A DNA stretch of 63,809 nt, filler included, from Octopus bimaculoides (GCF_001194135.2; 7 parts of 7 records of this genome joined end to end with filler, not necessarily neighbours in it); one strand, 5' to 3'. Counted from the first letter of the whole stretch, positions 1-11,956 are shown. Notes: generated by a model from the sequence alone, not told the origin. Numbers and translations are program-made.

Positions 1-816
1 ATGTATGTATGTATGTGTGATTACGAAGCAAACAGGTTAACGTTATTTGTTTTACGAAAGTTCGTTATAGTTAGTAAGTTAGTTGTATACTAAATATGTA
101 TTTCAGTTTTATTCAATATGTCGTCTAATGGCATCACCACAGGTTAGCTGGAAAGCCACAAAAAAAAAACACAAACAAAAGCAAAACAGAGTAACATATC
201 TAATGCTGTTGTGGCAATTTTAATACGTTATAGTACATTAAACATTCATATACTGATAGCAAATGTAGATTTAATGTTTGTAGTACAAAATATATTGGAA
301 TTCTGATGTCCATATACGTAAATATAATGTAGTTGGAGTTAGTAGTGCAATATATATCAAAATTATAACTACATACATAATAGAAAGTACATTGTATTGT
401 ATGATGTCACCGTGTGTAGATATGATGATTATTTCAGATATGCTTAGATACTGGTCACATGTGTAGATACCCGTTATGGAGACTACGTCGCATGAAACCA
501 TTGGTATCCTTGTCAATCCACAAATAAAGAATATTTATCCATCAATGCGGTGTTGAGCATTCATTCACATTCTTCGATATTAGCGTAAATATATATACAA
601 ACACTCGCACACACACCACACCACACCACACCACATACACACACACACATACACGCGCGCTCGCGCGCGCACACGATTATGTATGTCCAAAATATATTCA
701 GAAATATATTCAAATGTAGAACACAGTGTATATAGTGGTTAAAACGCTCTTTAAAGGTATTGGTTGTTACGCACATGTAATTCCTCAAGATACTGTCAGG
801 TGGTTTAACAGACGAA

Positions 817-858
<42 letters not shown>

Positions 859-2305
859 CGTGTGTGTGTGTGCCACAGCTCTTGTCTCTAGCTTTAGGGC
901 CTCTATCCAAGGCCCGTTATCCATTATTGTATGTCTTTGAGCATGCCAACATTTAATTATTCTGTGTAGCACACTGAAGGCACTTGTCACTACTTAATAT
1001 AGTTATATACTTTATTATGTACCTTACTCGCGTCTGGTCCTTTGGTAAACGACAGGCCGCGAGATTAATGACTACCGAACGTTATGTAACTAAATTAATT
1101 CACCAACGGATAGTAAACTGTATTGTATAGTTACCGAAACTGTGTATATGTTCCGCAAGGAAGACTGTAATAAATATTTTACATTTTCTTTATGAGGGCA
1201 TGTTTGAGACCCATTCTTCTGTTGTTTATTTCATGTAAATACGAAGTTATATCAGAGTGCATCAGTTGAATCATACTACACTCTCAATGATTAGATATCT
1301 CAGATGAACTAAAACCGCAATCCCTAGCTTATATCAGGAGCTTAGCTCTAATGCGTACATTTATATTTACACCCGTCTATATATCAGACCATCTATCAAT
1401 TTATCGGTCTGTCTATCTATGTGCTTCTCTATCCACCTCTGTCTGTCTCTCTCTGTTTCTCTCTCACTCTGTTTCTCTCTCTCTCTCCCCTTGTCTATTT
1501 ATCTATCTTTCTCTTTATCTATCTATCTATCTATCTATCTATCNNNNNNNNNNNNNNNNNNNNNNNNNNNNNNNNNNNNNNNNNNNNNNNNNNNNNNNNN
1601 NNNNNNNNNNNNNNNNNNNNNNNNNNNNNNNNNNNNNNNNNNNNNNNNNNNNNNNNNNNNNNNNNNNNNNNNNNNNNNNNNNNNNNNNNNNNNNNNNNNN
1701 NNNNNNNNNNNNNNNNNNNNNNNNNNNNNNNNNNNNNNNNNNNNNNNNNNNNNNNNNNNNNNNNNNNNNNNNNNNNNNNNNNNNNNNNNNNNNNNNNNNN
1801 NNNNNNNNNNNNNNNNNNNNNNNNNNNNNNNNNNNNNNNNNNNNNNNNNNNATATATATATATATATATATATATATATAACTATCTATCTACCATCTCT
1901 CTCTCTCTCTTTATATGTATACGTGTGTGTGTGCGCGTATGCGTGTGTGTGCTTGTGTCTATGCATGTCTGCAAGTGTGTGCATGCGTGTATATACGCGT
2001 GTGCATGCGTGTGTATGTACGTGTGTATGTGTCTGTACGGGTTGCTGAATTCGGATTTGCCTTTCATACCATGAAATAAGCTTTACATTTGGAAGTTATC
2101 GGTGTGTGCGTATGTGTGCGTGTGTATGCGCGCATGCGTTAGTGTGTGAATGTGTATGCGTTTGTATGTATATGTAACTGTACGTGTCTGTCTGTGTGTA
2201 TATGTATGGCATAAGCCACACGTATATGTCTCTAACATAACACTTATTCCCCGCTCTCATCCATTTCGTATGTATACACGAACACACACACATATATGTA
2301 TGTGT

Positions 2306-2338
<33 letters not shown>

Positions 2339-3495
2339 NNNNNNNNNNNNNNNNNNNNNNNNNNNNNNNNNNNNNNNNNNNNNNNNNNNNNNNNNNNNNN
2401 NNNNNNNNNNNNNNNNNNNNNNNNNNNNNNNNNNNNNNNNNNNNNNNNNNNNNNNNNNNNNNNNNNNNNNNNNNNNNNNNNNNNNNNNNNNNNNNNNNNN
2501 NNNNNNNNNNNNNNNNNNNNNNNNNNNNNNNNNNNNNNNNNNNNNNNNNNNNNNNNNNNNNNNNNNNNNNNNNNNNNNNNNNNNNNNNNNNNNNNNNNNN
2601 NNNNNNNNNNNNNNNNNNNNNNNNNNNNNNNNNNNNNNNNNNNNNNNNNNNNNNNNNNNNNNNNNNNNNNNNNNNNNNNNNNNNNNNNNNNNNNNNNNNN
2701 NNNNNNNNNNNNNNNNNNNNNNNNNNNNNNNNNNNNNNNNNNNNNNNNNNNNNNNNNNNNNNNNNNNNNNNNNNNNNNNNNNNNNNNNNNNNNNNNNNNN
2801 NNNNNNNNNNNNNNNNGTCCATGAAATATTATGAAACCGAATGGATGGCAGATAGAAGAGAGAGAGAGAGAGGGGGGGAGGAAGAGACAGGCAGACAGGC
2901 AGACAGAGAGAGAGTGGGGAAAAAACAAGATGGATGCTAAAAGTGAAGCGAAAATAGATACAAGAAATGTAAAACTTCATTTAGTCATTGGAGAGCCGGA
3001 GAAAAGAGGGAGTGACAGAGAGAGAGAGAGGGGGGAGAAGGAGAAAGGGTGACTGTGTTTGTGAAAGGAAGACGTGGATTGAAAGAGAGAGAGAGAGAGA
3101 GAGAGAGGGGGGTAGGGAAAGAGGAAATCGTAAAATTTTCACGTATGGAATCTATTGTCAGACAAGAACATTCCGATGAGATAAGACTGAATGGTGTGTA
3201 AGAGATACAGCATGTTGTAATGGGAATGATGGTGCGTGTGTGCATGTGTGCGTCTGTGTGTGTGTGTGCGTGTGTGTGTGCGTGTGTGTGCGCGCGTGCG
3301 TGTGTAAATACTGATACAAATATATATATGCATGTCAATATATATGTGTGTGTATGTATGTATGTATGCAATTAGACAGATATGGATATACATAGATATG
3401 TATAAATATGATTGCGTGCATGTATGTATATATATATATATATATATATATNNNNNNNNNNNNNNNNNNNNNNNNNNNNNNNNNNNNNNNNNNNN

Positions 3496-3507
3496 TTAAT
3501 TAATTAA
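3496..3507. other. Artificial scaffold-gap linker TTAATTAATTAA (also 5866-5877, 37463-37474, 53610-53621, 57950-57961, 62568-62579)
   Basis: Identical palindromic 12-mer with stops in all six frames, embedded in N runs (44 N each side where counted), six times. Confidence 0.95.
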
Positions 3508-3564
3508 NNNNNNNNNNNNNNNNNNNNNNNNNNNNNNNNNNNNNNNNNNNNTATATATATATAT

Positions 3565-3890
3565 AGAATGGTACTCCATCAGTTATGATGATGCCGGCTC
3601 CAGTTGATCTGATCAACAGAACAGCCTGCTCATGAAATTAACATGCATGTGGCTGATCACTCCACAGACATGCGTACCCTTAACGGAGTTCTCAGGGAGA
3701 TTCAGCATGACACAGTGTGTGACAAGACTAGCCCTTTGAAATACAGATACCACTCATTTTTGACAGCAGAGTGGATTGGAGCAATGTGAAATAAAGTGTC
3801 TTGCTCAAGGATACAACACATTGCTGGGAACTGAACTCATGTCTTTATGATAATGAGCTAAATACCTTAACCACTAAGCCATGCGCCTTC
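3565..3890 (-). mobile_element. tRNA-derived SINE
   Basis: Minus strand starts GAAGGCGCATGGCTTAGTGGTTAAGG (A box), GAGTTCAGTTCC (B-box-like), then CCTTGAGCAAGACACTTTATTTCACATTGCTCC, shared with the copy at 25222. Confidence 0.8.
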
Positions 3891-4061
3891 ACCATATATC
3901 ATACATGTATATATAGTACAGGCTAACAATATTGTTTAGATTGGTAAAGAACTCTTGTACCACGTACTCTTGTGGCAGTGTCCAAGGTTATAGTTCATCA
4001 CCATTCTATATTCTAAATCCATGGTTTTCTTCCAGTTATACCGGTTTTCAAACAGTGATGT

Positions 4062-4101
<40 letters not shown>

Positions 4102-4110
4102 TTATTTATA

Positions 4111-4617
4111 GGGTGTGATGGGTAAATTGTCACCGTTTTATATTTTTGATTTCACATATCTGCATTGTTTGTTTTTGATCTTGTTGACTACACAGTATAG
4201 TAGGGGCAGTTGGGAACCATCTGTGAGTAAAACAGCACCATGACACAATTCACTTTGCCAGAAATTTTGAAATGACATGCTGTACTGCTTGGCATTTGCA
4301 CTGGAAGCTCCAATATGAACATTTTAGTATGTTTGGGTGTCAATCTGAGGACTGTGTAATCTGAGGACATGTACCAAGAGTGATAAAAATCAAACATCCA
4401 GTCAACATCATGGTGTTTGAGTGATTACTAGTGATGGCGATATTATACCTCCATTCATCTTCCCACACAACCTCTGACTCAACACAGAAACCTGCATCAA
4501 GTGCCTAGAGGAAGTAGTACTGCCCTGGGTCAAAAGGGTGGCTGCTGGAAGACAGTGTGTCTGCCAACAGGACTCTGCACCATGCCACACAAGCAGGAGA
4601 ACCCAGTCATGGCTGTC
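4111..4617 (+). mobile_element. Tc1/mariner-superfamily transposon, 5' part, degenerate
   Basis: TA then GGGTGTGATGGGTAAATTGTCACC end; translates ...CLEEVVLPWVKRVAAGRQCVCQQDSAPCHTSRRTQSWL (second catalytic D motif); truncated by gap. Confidence 0.8.
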
Positions 4618-5159
4618 NNNNNNNNNNNNNNNNNNNNNNNNNNNNNNNNNNNNNNNNNNNNNNNNNNNNNNNNNNNNNNNNNNNNNNNNNNNNNNNNNNN
4701 NNNNNNNNNNNNNNNNNNNNNNNNNNNNNNNNNNNNNNNNNNNNNNNNNNNNNNNNNNNNNNNNNNNNNNNNNNNNNNNNNNNNNNNNNNNNNNNNNNNN
4801 NNNNNNNNNNNNNNNNNNNNNNNNNNNNNNNNNNNNNNNNNNNNNNNNNNNNNNNNNNNNNNNNNNNNNNNNNNNNNNNNNNNNNNNNNNNNNNNNNNNN
4901 NNNNNNNNNNNNNNNNNNNNNNNNNNNNNNNNNNNNNNNNNNNNNNNNNNNNNNNNNNNNNNNNNNNNNNNNNNNNNNNNNNNNNNNNNNNNNNNNNNNN
5001 NNNNNNNNNNNNNNNNNNNNNNNNNNNNNNNNNNNNNNNNNNNNNNNNNNNNNNNNNNNNNNNNNNNNNNNNNNNNNNNNNNNNNNNNNNNNNNNNNNNN
5101 NNNNNNNNNNNNNNNNNNNNNNNNNNNNNNNNNNNNNNNNNNNNNNNNNNNNNNNNNNN

Positions 5160-5204
<45 letters not shown>

Positions 5205-5465
5205 CATCCATATAGATGTACATATGTGTGTGTGTGTCGTTAATCAAATATATTCAATGAGAATACAATATACTGAATTTCTAAGTGCTCTTGGTAGGGA
5301 AATGTCTAAAACACTAAAGGTTTTAGACATTTAATAAGAGCGATTATATTATAAATTGAGAGCAGGAAAATTACATAAAAAAATCATCATAGAATATATA
5401 CGTACAAAATAATATTGTATTAATAGATAGATGTATAAATATATAAAGTATAATTATTTTTAAAT

Positions 5466-5820
5466 TTTAAAAGTTTAGAATATCTTCTGATCATTTTATG
5501 AATATATTACCCTTAGAAATGGAATCTAAAATTGATAATCATTATTAGGTAATACATCCATTGGTCAGAGAGAAAGAGGGTGAATTTCTGTGTAGTCATT
5601 CGAATGCTATTTAATAATAGATGGAAAATGATGTTGTTTAAAAAATTACTGGCATAGATATATGTTGGTACAATCTTGTACTAAAAATTTTGAAGAAACA
5701 ACATCTTTTTCATATATTTTTAAATAGCATTCAATTGACTACATGGAAATTCACCCTCTTTCTAAAGGTAATACATTCATGAAATGATCTTTATATATTT
5801 TATACTTTTTAACTTTTAAA
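5466..5820. repeat. Foldback/MITE-like inverted repeat
   Basis: 5466-5519 pairs with 5761-5820; 5573-5614 pairs with 5720-5760. Confidence 0.75.
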
Positions 5821-6924
5821 CNNNNNNNNNNNNNNNNNNNNNNNNNNNNNNNNNNNNNNNNNNNNTTAATTAATTAANNNNNNNNNNNNNNNNNNNNNNN
5901 NNNNNNNNNNNNNNNNNNNNNCGTGAGAGTGTGCGTATATCTCTTTGTCTGAGTATGTATGTGTTGTTTTAATCGTCCTTGTGGTGTGTGTGTGTGAGAG
6001 CAACCGTATGTATGTGTGAGGGTGTGTACGTATGTGTGCGTATGTGTGTGTATGTATGTGTGCATATGTGTGTGTGCGTGTGGGAGTGTTTTGTGTGAGT
6101 GTGGGAGTGTGTGTGTGTCTCTCTGTCTGAGTGGGTGTGTTGTTTTAAATATCCTTGTAGTGTGTGTGTGTGTAAGCAACCGTATGTGTGTGATGGTTCA
6201 TATGTATGTGTATGACTGCATTTGTGCGTGTGTGGCATGTGTATATGAGTATGTGTGTGTTTTACCTATGGTAGGATGGTGTGTGTATGTGTGTGCACGT
6301 TTGTGTGAGTGTGTATGTGTGTGCGCATGTGTGTGTATGTGTTTGTTCGTGTGTGTGCGTGAGTGCGTTTGTGAGTGCATGTGTATGTGTGTTTGTGTGT
6401 TATATATATATACAAATTAAAAATACGTCCGCAGAGAAACAAGAACAAATTAACAAAAACAAACAGATGGTACGTAAACACGATGTAAGAGAAGGTGCGA
6501 ACTAAATAAAGCACTGAATGAAAAACAATGTTACGAAATAGTACTACTAAGAATATTAATAACACTAAAAAATATATGAATATTAATAAAATATTGAATA
6601 AAATTCATTGATACTGCATAATAATTATACTAAAAATTTCTAATATACATACTAAACCATTGATTTTGAGAGAGAAAGAGAGAGGGAGAGAGAGAGACAG
6701 AAGGAGAGAGAGGGAGAGAAAGAAGGAGAGAAAGAGAGAGACAGAGAGAGAGAGAGGGGGACAAAGTTCAATGGATTAAATCGGGCCTAGGATTTGACAG
6801 GCATTTGATAGACTGAGCTATTCAGGATAAGATTTGAACTCAGAATGTAAAGAGTCGAAATAAATATTAAATGGTATCTCATCTGACCCTCTATTGACAT
6901 TGCAAATCAATTGCAGTAATATTC

Positions 6925-7215
6925 CTCCTCCTCCTCGTCGTCCTCCTCCTCGTCGTGCTCCCCCTCGTCGTCCTCTTCTTCATCGTCATTGTCGTCGTCG
7001 TCGTCGTTGTCGTCGTTGTCCTCTTCCTCCTCCTCCTCCTCCTCCTCCGCTTCCCCTCCTCCCATTCTCCTACCCCCTCCACCCACAAGTTGTGGCAGTA
7101 TGATTAGTAGCAGCAACAGTAATGATAATAATAATAATGATGATGATGATGATGATGATGATAACGACAACAACAGCAGCAGCAACGATATCAATGATTA
7201 TTATAATAATAATGC
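6925..7215. repeat. Compound trinucleotide microsatellite (CCT/CGT/AAT/GAT/CAA)
   Basis: Direct reading; source of poly-P/R/E/D ORFs. Confidence 0.9.
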
Positions 7216-8639
7216 TTTCTTTCATTAGCCACACTATAGCTTCGGAATAAAACAAAGAAGTAATACAACAAACAATTAGCAGATTTGCATTGTGTAAAAT
7301 GTTGAGATCAACAAAACCAATTATTGCACATTACTAAATTAATAACAATACTATGAAAACATCAATGAAGAGATCTCGGGTAGTTCTTAAGGCAAACAAC
7401 CACTCAATGATTATGTTATAGCCACACATAAAAATTGCACAGTAATTATATATTTTTTCATTTCATTTTTTGTTTGTTACCTATAAGCTAGCTAATATAA
7501 AAGTCAATTGTGGATACTACTACATGGGGTTGAAGGCCAAGGCTCATTTAACGTCTCTTCTTCGTGAATCATCTATCAGTGTGAGTGGTGTGTCATTTAT
7601 TCTTCTTCGGCTGTTCGCAACGTGAGGTAGGTTGCGTGTGTAGACAATGATGTACAATGACCACACTAAAGTTTTCAAATATTTTATTAACCCGCGTCTT
7701 GACATTTACAAATGTACATCCGATGAATTAATGGAACATAACTGTTAGAGATCTTCTGTTAGGAATTTTCTTAATATAATTTACTGGGTAATATGTAAGT
7801 AGTGCAAGGAAAATAAATCACTGCGTATAATCAATATGTGTTACCAGGCACTACAATGTAGGTGGGTGTACAACATAAGCAAGTTACAACAAAATAAAGA
7901 ACGTGAGCAAATGAGGGAGGGAGTAAAAGAGAAAGAGAGAAGAGATATAAAGAGGGAGGGGTACGAGAGTGCAATTCACTGAAATAGGAGACAAATTTTC
8001 CTGGACGGTTAGTGATTATGTCTGACCTGAGTTTGAATAAGTGAGAGAGGTTAGAAACTACCATATGGGGAAAAGCAATATGACCCGCATAATCTTGAGA
8101 TAACTCTGCCTAAAGGTAAATATTAGTGTTGGCCCAACAGTTCTAGAACCTTCAGCCATACTGTTTGCTGGAACAAAACAACTCGTATACTTTCACTGAA
8201 ATCTGTCACCACCGGCATATGTCAGATAATACTGATTGGTCGAATCATATTCACTTTGACGTTTATAACATTTATGATGACATTTTTCCTTTTATCAAAT
8301 TACATTGCCTCGTAGTTCTAGACTAGGAAAATCTTAGAGCTACAGTTCAAGTCTGAGCTAAGATCTTGCTACAATCTAAAGCGGTATGCTGGGAAAGAAT
8401 TCTAGTTTAAGGATTTATGAAGTAAGATTAAAATGTTCATTGTATTAGAAAAGGAGCAGATAACTTGTAAGACCAAGGAAAGGCGATTGAAAAGAACATG
8501 AATAATTTTGCCTTTTACAAAGATATAGATGAAAAAAATATTTGTTTGGGAGAAAGCTTTCGGAAGGAGATTGAAGAAGCAATATTCTGACAGCAAAAAA
8601 AAGAAAAAGAAAGAAATCATCTAAATAGTAATAACAATA

Positions 8640-8873
8640 TATATGACAGAGATGAGCATCAAACTGTCTCTCACCCTTCCTACTCTCCAGATCTTGCTCC
8701 CTGCACGTTTAGTTGTACCTCAAGCTGAGAGATGAAAGCGACTGTTACAATAATCCAGAGCACTTTCATTTTTGAACCTTCCATGGGGGTCTTACAAAAT
8801 GGCTAGAGCGCCACAATGAAATTAATAAATATGTCTCCGGAAAACTCTCAAAACTTCTGGAAGGCAACTCGTA
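8640..8873 (+). mobile_element. mariner transposase 3' remnant with right end
   Basis: Translates ...SHPSYSPDLAPC (mariner YSPDLAP motif); ends ...GAAGGCAACTCGTA, a TACGAG-type terminus. Confidence 0.75.
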
Positions 8874-9019
8874 TATGATAAATGTTGAGACAATACACCA
8901 CAGCGTGATACGATTTAGGACACTATCGCTGAAAAATATACTTGTAGTCACCATATTACAAATGCTTCCACAAAAAGCTCTCTGATATTCATATATATGA
9001 AGGATCTGTTTATACAATT

Positions 9020-9617
9020 CTATATTTAAGAGATGAGGAATTATGTACATTATTAACATTTGACGGATATTTGTCCTCATCTTGTTTGTTGTTGATACAA
9101 CGTTTCGGCTGATAATACCCTGCAGCCTTCATGAGGTGTATTGGGCAGATTTCCAACCTGGGTTCTCATTCCTAAGGTATTTTTCGATGTTGTTATTGTC
9201 ATTATTATTATTATTATTATTCAGGTCACTGTCTGCAATCGAACTCGGAATCTTGGGGTTAGTAGCCAGCGCTCTTAACCACTACGGCATATGCCCGTGA
9301 GTAATTATGGAGTGAATTTTAGGGCTTATAAATCTAATATTTTCCTATCCTTCCTTAATACCGGTTTCCATATGCTATTCATACCTACACTCGGTTTGCT
9401 TAGGAAGTTGTCTCCTAGCATATGTGCTGCTTCTTTTAGTTTTCGTATTTCCTAGTGCCGTTCTCTGTCTATTATTTTCACTTCATCCCACAGGGGGAGG
9501 TGGTCTCCATTTTTCAATATATAATCAACTATACCCGATTTATCAATATCTCCTCGTGTTCCTCTGCCCTTATTTTGATCGTGTATGGAAAAATGGAGAA
9601 CACCTTCCCCTGTGGGA
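9020..9617 (-). mobile_element. Penelope-like element 3' part: GIY-YIG C-terminus + tRNA-like head + (AAT)n + hammerhead-like motif
   Basis: GIVDYILKNGDHLPLWDEVKIIDRERH*EIRKLKEAAHMLG...IWKPVL (stop 9326-9328); tRNA-like segment 9296-9222; (AAT)n 9221-9190; hammerhead-like core 9142-9092. Confidence 0.75.
9092..9142 (-). ncRNA. Degenerate minimal hammerhead-ribozyme-like motif
   Basis: CTCATGA-A-GGCTG-loop-CAGCC-GAAACGTT; 5-bp stem II, core CUGAUGA carries a G>C change. Confidence 0.6.
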
Positions 9618-10050
9618 ATTAGGATGGTTTTCCCTTCCGTGAGCCATTCAGGCATTGTCTCTGGCTCTGCTAGTATTTCATTAAATTACTCAACCAGCGT
9701 TTTATCCATTCCTATTAAATATATTAACTAGAAGTTAGGGTTCTTGTTGTGCCCGGGTGCCTTCCAGTTGCTTAGTTTTGCAATGCCTGGGTAACCTCTT
9801 GAGTTGTTATTGGAGTCCAGACTTGTTCAGGTATTGTGTTTCTTGTTTTGATAGATTTTTTTCTGAGGTTGTTCCTTCACCGACCATATTTCTTTCCAAA
9901 CTTCTGCTTCATAAATCTCTATTTTAATTTTTGCCAAGTTCTTGGTAGAATCTTTTGGCGTTGTAGTTGAAGAGTTTGCTTTGTTCAAAGAAACGTTGAC
10001 GTTTATCATACCGGTGGATTTTTTGTGCTTTGGTGAGGATATCTTCCTTT
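9618..10050 (-). mobile_element. R4/Dong-like (RLE clade) LINE fragment, pre-RT region
   Basis: PITTQEVTQA..KLSNWKAPGH..PNF ... EPETMPEWLTEGKTILIP, comparable to the RT start at 43190. Confidence 0.75.
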
Positions 10051-10402
10051 AGCTGTTCTTTTAATCCGTAAAACTTTTAAATGTACATAACATCAAACAC
10101 TTTTTACTGTCATCTTATAATGAAATTAATTTTAAATCAAATTACTTTTAAACCAAATTACTTTACTATCATCTTGTAACCAAATTCCTTTTAAAACAAA
10201 CTCCTAATTTACTTATGTTTTGACAGACGTTCTCTAGAACAATACTCTGTGCAAAACCAAATATATGACATCCTAGTCATAACATCAACTTGAACCTCTA
10301 ACTTATCTCTTGAGATCTTTGTGTGAGATTGGAGTCAACTTGTACAAATACAAACCAAAAGCCAAACATAATAATAATAATTATAATGATAATAATAACA
10401 AT

Positions 10403-10566
10403 AGGCCTTTAAATAACCAGGCAGTGGCTCTCATCATGTCACGCACATATGGTTGTGATGCATGTGCCTGGTGTACCCTTATCAGACGGTTAGTCATGAT
10501 GAGTATACTGGGCTTCGTATATTTTACCCCGGTGTCTCTTGGATAGCATGCACTGCTCTCTCACTC

Positions 10567-10567
<1 letters not shown>
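10403..10567. repeat. Interspersed repeat/SINE 3' fragment flanked by (AAT)n
   Basis: Non-low-complexity 165 bp between two AAT tracts, ending CTCTCACTC(AAT)n. Confidence 0.45.
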
Positions 10568-10635
<68 letters not shown>

Positions 10636-10660
10636 TATTATTATTATTATTATTATTATA
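10568..10660. repeat. (AAT)n then (TAT)n microsatellite
   Basis: Direct reading. Confidence 0.95.
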
Positions 10661-11400
10661 CCAAGTTCCAAATAGTTAAAAGCAACGAATTACCTATTTG
10701 TAGCTATGTGTGGCAGCAGAAACGAAACAATCTCCTATATTGTGTGGGATTGTAGCAATCTGGCTCAAAAGCTCGACAAAAGGAGGCACGATAACGCGGC
10801 TAAATTCGAACACTGGAGGCTATGTGAAAAGTACAGCCTGGACAGAGTACTGAAATGGTCCTAGTATAAACCAGTAGGAGTCACTGAGAACAAAGAATAT
10901 TAAAAACTGTGGAATTTCCTATCCAATGTGACTCCCTAATCGAGGCTCGAAGACCAGATGTGGAAAATAGGGGAAAAAAGGAAACCAAGATTATAGCTAT
11001 TGCAATACTTAGCGATACACGCATAAATGACAAGGGACTAGGAAAGACTGAAAACTACAGATTACTAAAAGACAAAATTGTAAGAGTGTGAACTATGAGG
11101 AGAATGGCTATCAGTCCAGTAGTTGTAGGGGCACTCGGAGCACAAACAACCAAGTTCGAGAAATATGTCAGAGAGATCGGAATTGACACAAGAGAAGAGC
11201 AAGTTAAAAAAAACTGCTTCATTGGGGACAGCTAAGATTTTGAGATTGATATTTGTATGTTGAATGCCTCCTGCGATAATTAACAAACAAGGATCAAAGA
11301 TTATAATGTGCCGAAATAGACCCTGTGAGACCTCTGGCAGCAGGCTGCTGTTCGCTCTTACAGAACAAAAAAGTCCGAGCTCTCTGAGAAGTAAAATAAT
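10660..11400 (+). mobile_element. R4/Dong-like LINE 3' fragment (CCHC finger + restriction-like endonuclease + 3' UTR)
   Basis: ETISYIV..C..LAQK..KRRHD..HWRLCEKY; EFPIQCDSLIEARRPDV; PVVVGALG; 3' UTR resembles 45410-45520. Confidence 0.85.
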
Positions 11401-11407
11401 GACTCTT

Positions 11408-11606
11408 TCTACTGGAAGTAGAAGGCCTCAAATTTTTGGGTGAGTGGTATTACATCGACCCAGTGTTTCACTGGTACTTCATTTATCGACCCCGAAAGGA
11501 TGAAAGGCAAAGTCGATCTCGGCGGAATTTGAACTCAGAATGTAGCGATGGGCGAAATACCGCGAAGCATTTCGTCTAGCGTACTAACGATTCTACCAGC
11601 TGACCT
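11408..11606 (-). mobile_element. tRNA-derived SINE family A; further copies 12760-12948(-), 21540-21680(+), 22635-22826(-), 24460-24620(-), 26245-26456(-), 39060-39220(+), 45945-46122(-), 47486-47703(+)
   Basis: Shared core (SINE sense) GAGTTCAAATTCCGCCGAG.TCGACTTTGCCTTTCATCCTTTCGGGGTCGATAAA..AAGTACCAG, repeated in nine or more places. Confidence 0.88.
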
Positions 11607-11900
11607 TATACAAAGAATATTGCTATTGGGCAGTAGTATATATTCCAATACAAACTTTCTAATGATTATCGACTTACCGGAAAATTAGTAAAAATAACTG
11701 ACAAAAGATAAATAAAAACTGTAAAACCTAATTTAACAAAGATAGACAGAACATTTTATAGGTAAATAACTGTGAGTGTGTATGTGTGTGTGTGTGTNNN
11801 NNNNNNNNNNNNNNNNNNNNNNNNNNNNNNNNNNNNNNNNNNNNNNNNNNNNNNNNNNNNNNNNNNNNNNNNNNNNNNNNNGTCTGCGTGTGTATGTATG

Positions 11901-11956
<56 letters not shown>

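Noticed and set aside
107-503. Possible small exons 107-142 and 438-503
   Set aside because: Splice-like sites only, weak donors, no recognisable peptide
1351-2980. Long ORFs with X runs and YI/CV/HT/LS repeats (and all similar ORFs in the track)
   Set aside because: They read through N gaps and di/tetranucleotide microsatellites; not coding
3496-3507. Recurrent TTAATTAATTAA as a biological motif or CRISPR-like repeat
   Set aside because: Always centred in N runs; an assembly linker
6891-7255. Poly-Pro/Arg/Glu/Ser ORFs
   Set aside because: Trinucleotide microsatellite open on both strands
7488-7580. Possible exon LANIKVNCGYYYMGLKAKAHLTSLLRESSIS
   Set aside because: GTGAGT donor but mediocre acceptor and no homology recognised
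9222-9296. tRNA gene (also 25222, 39253, 12366)
   Set aside because: A/B boxes present but acceptor stems do not pair; these are SINE/TE heads
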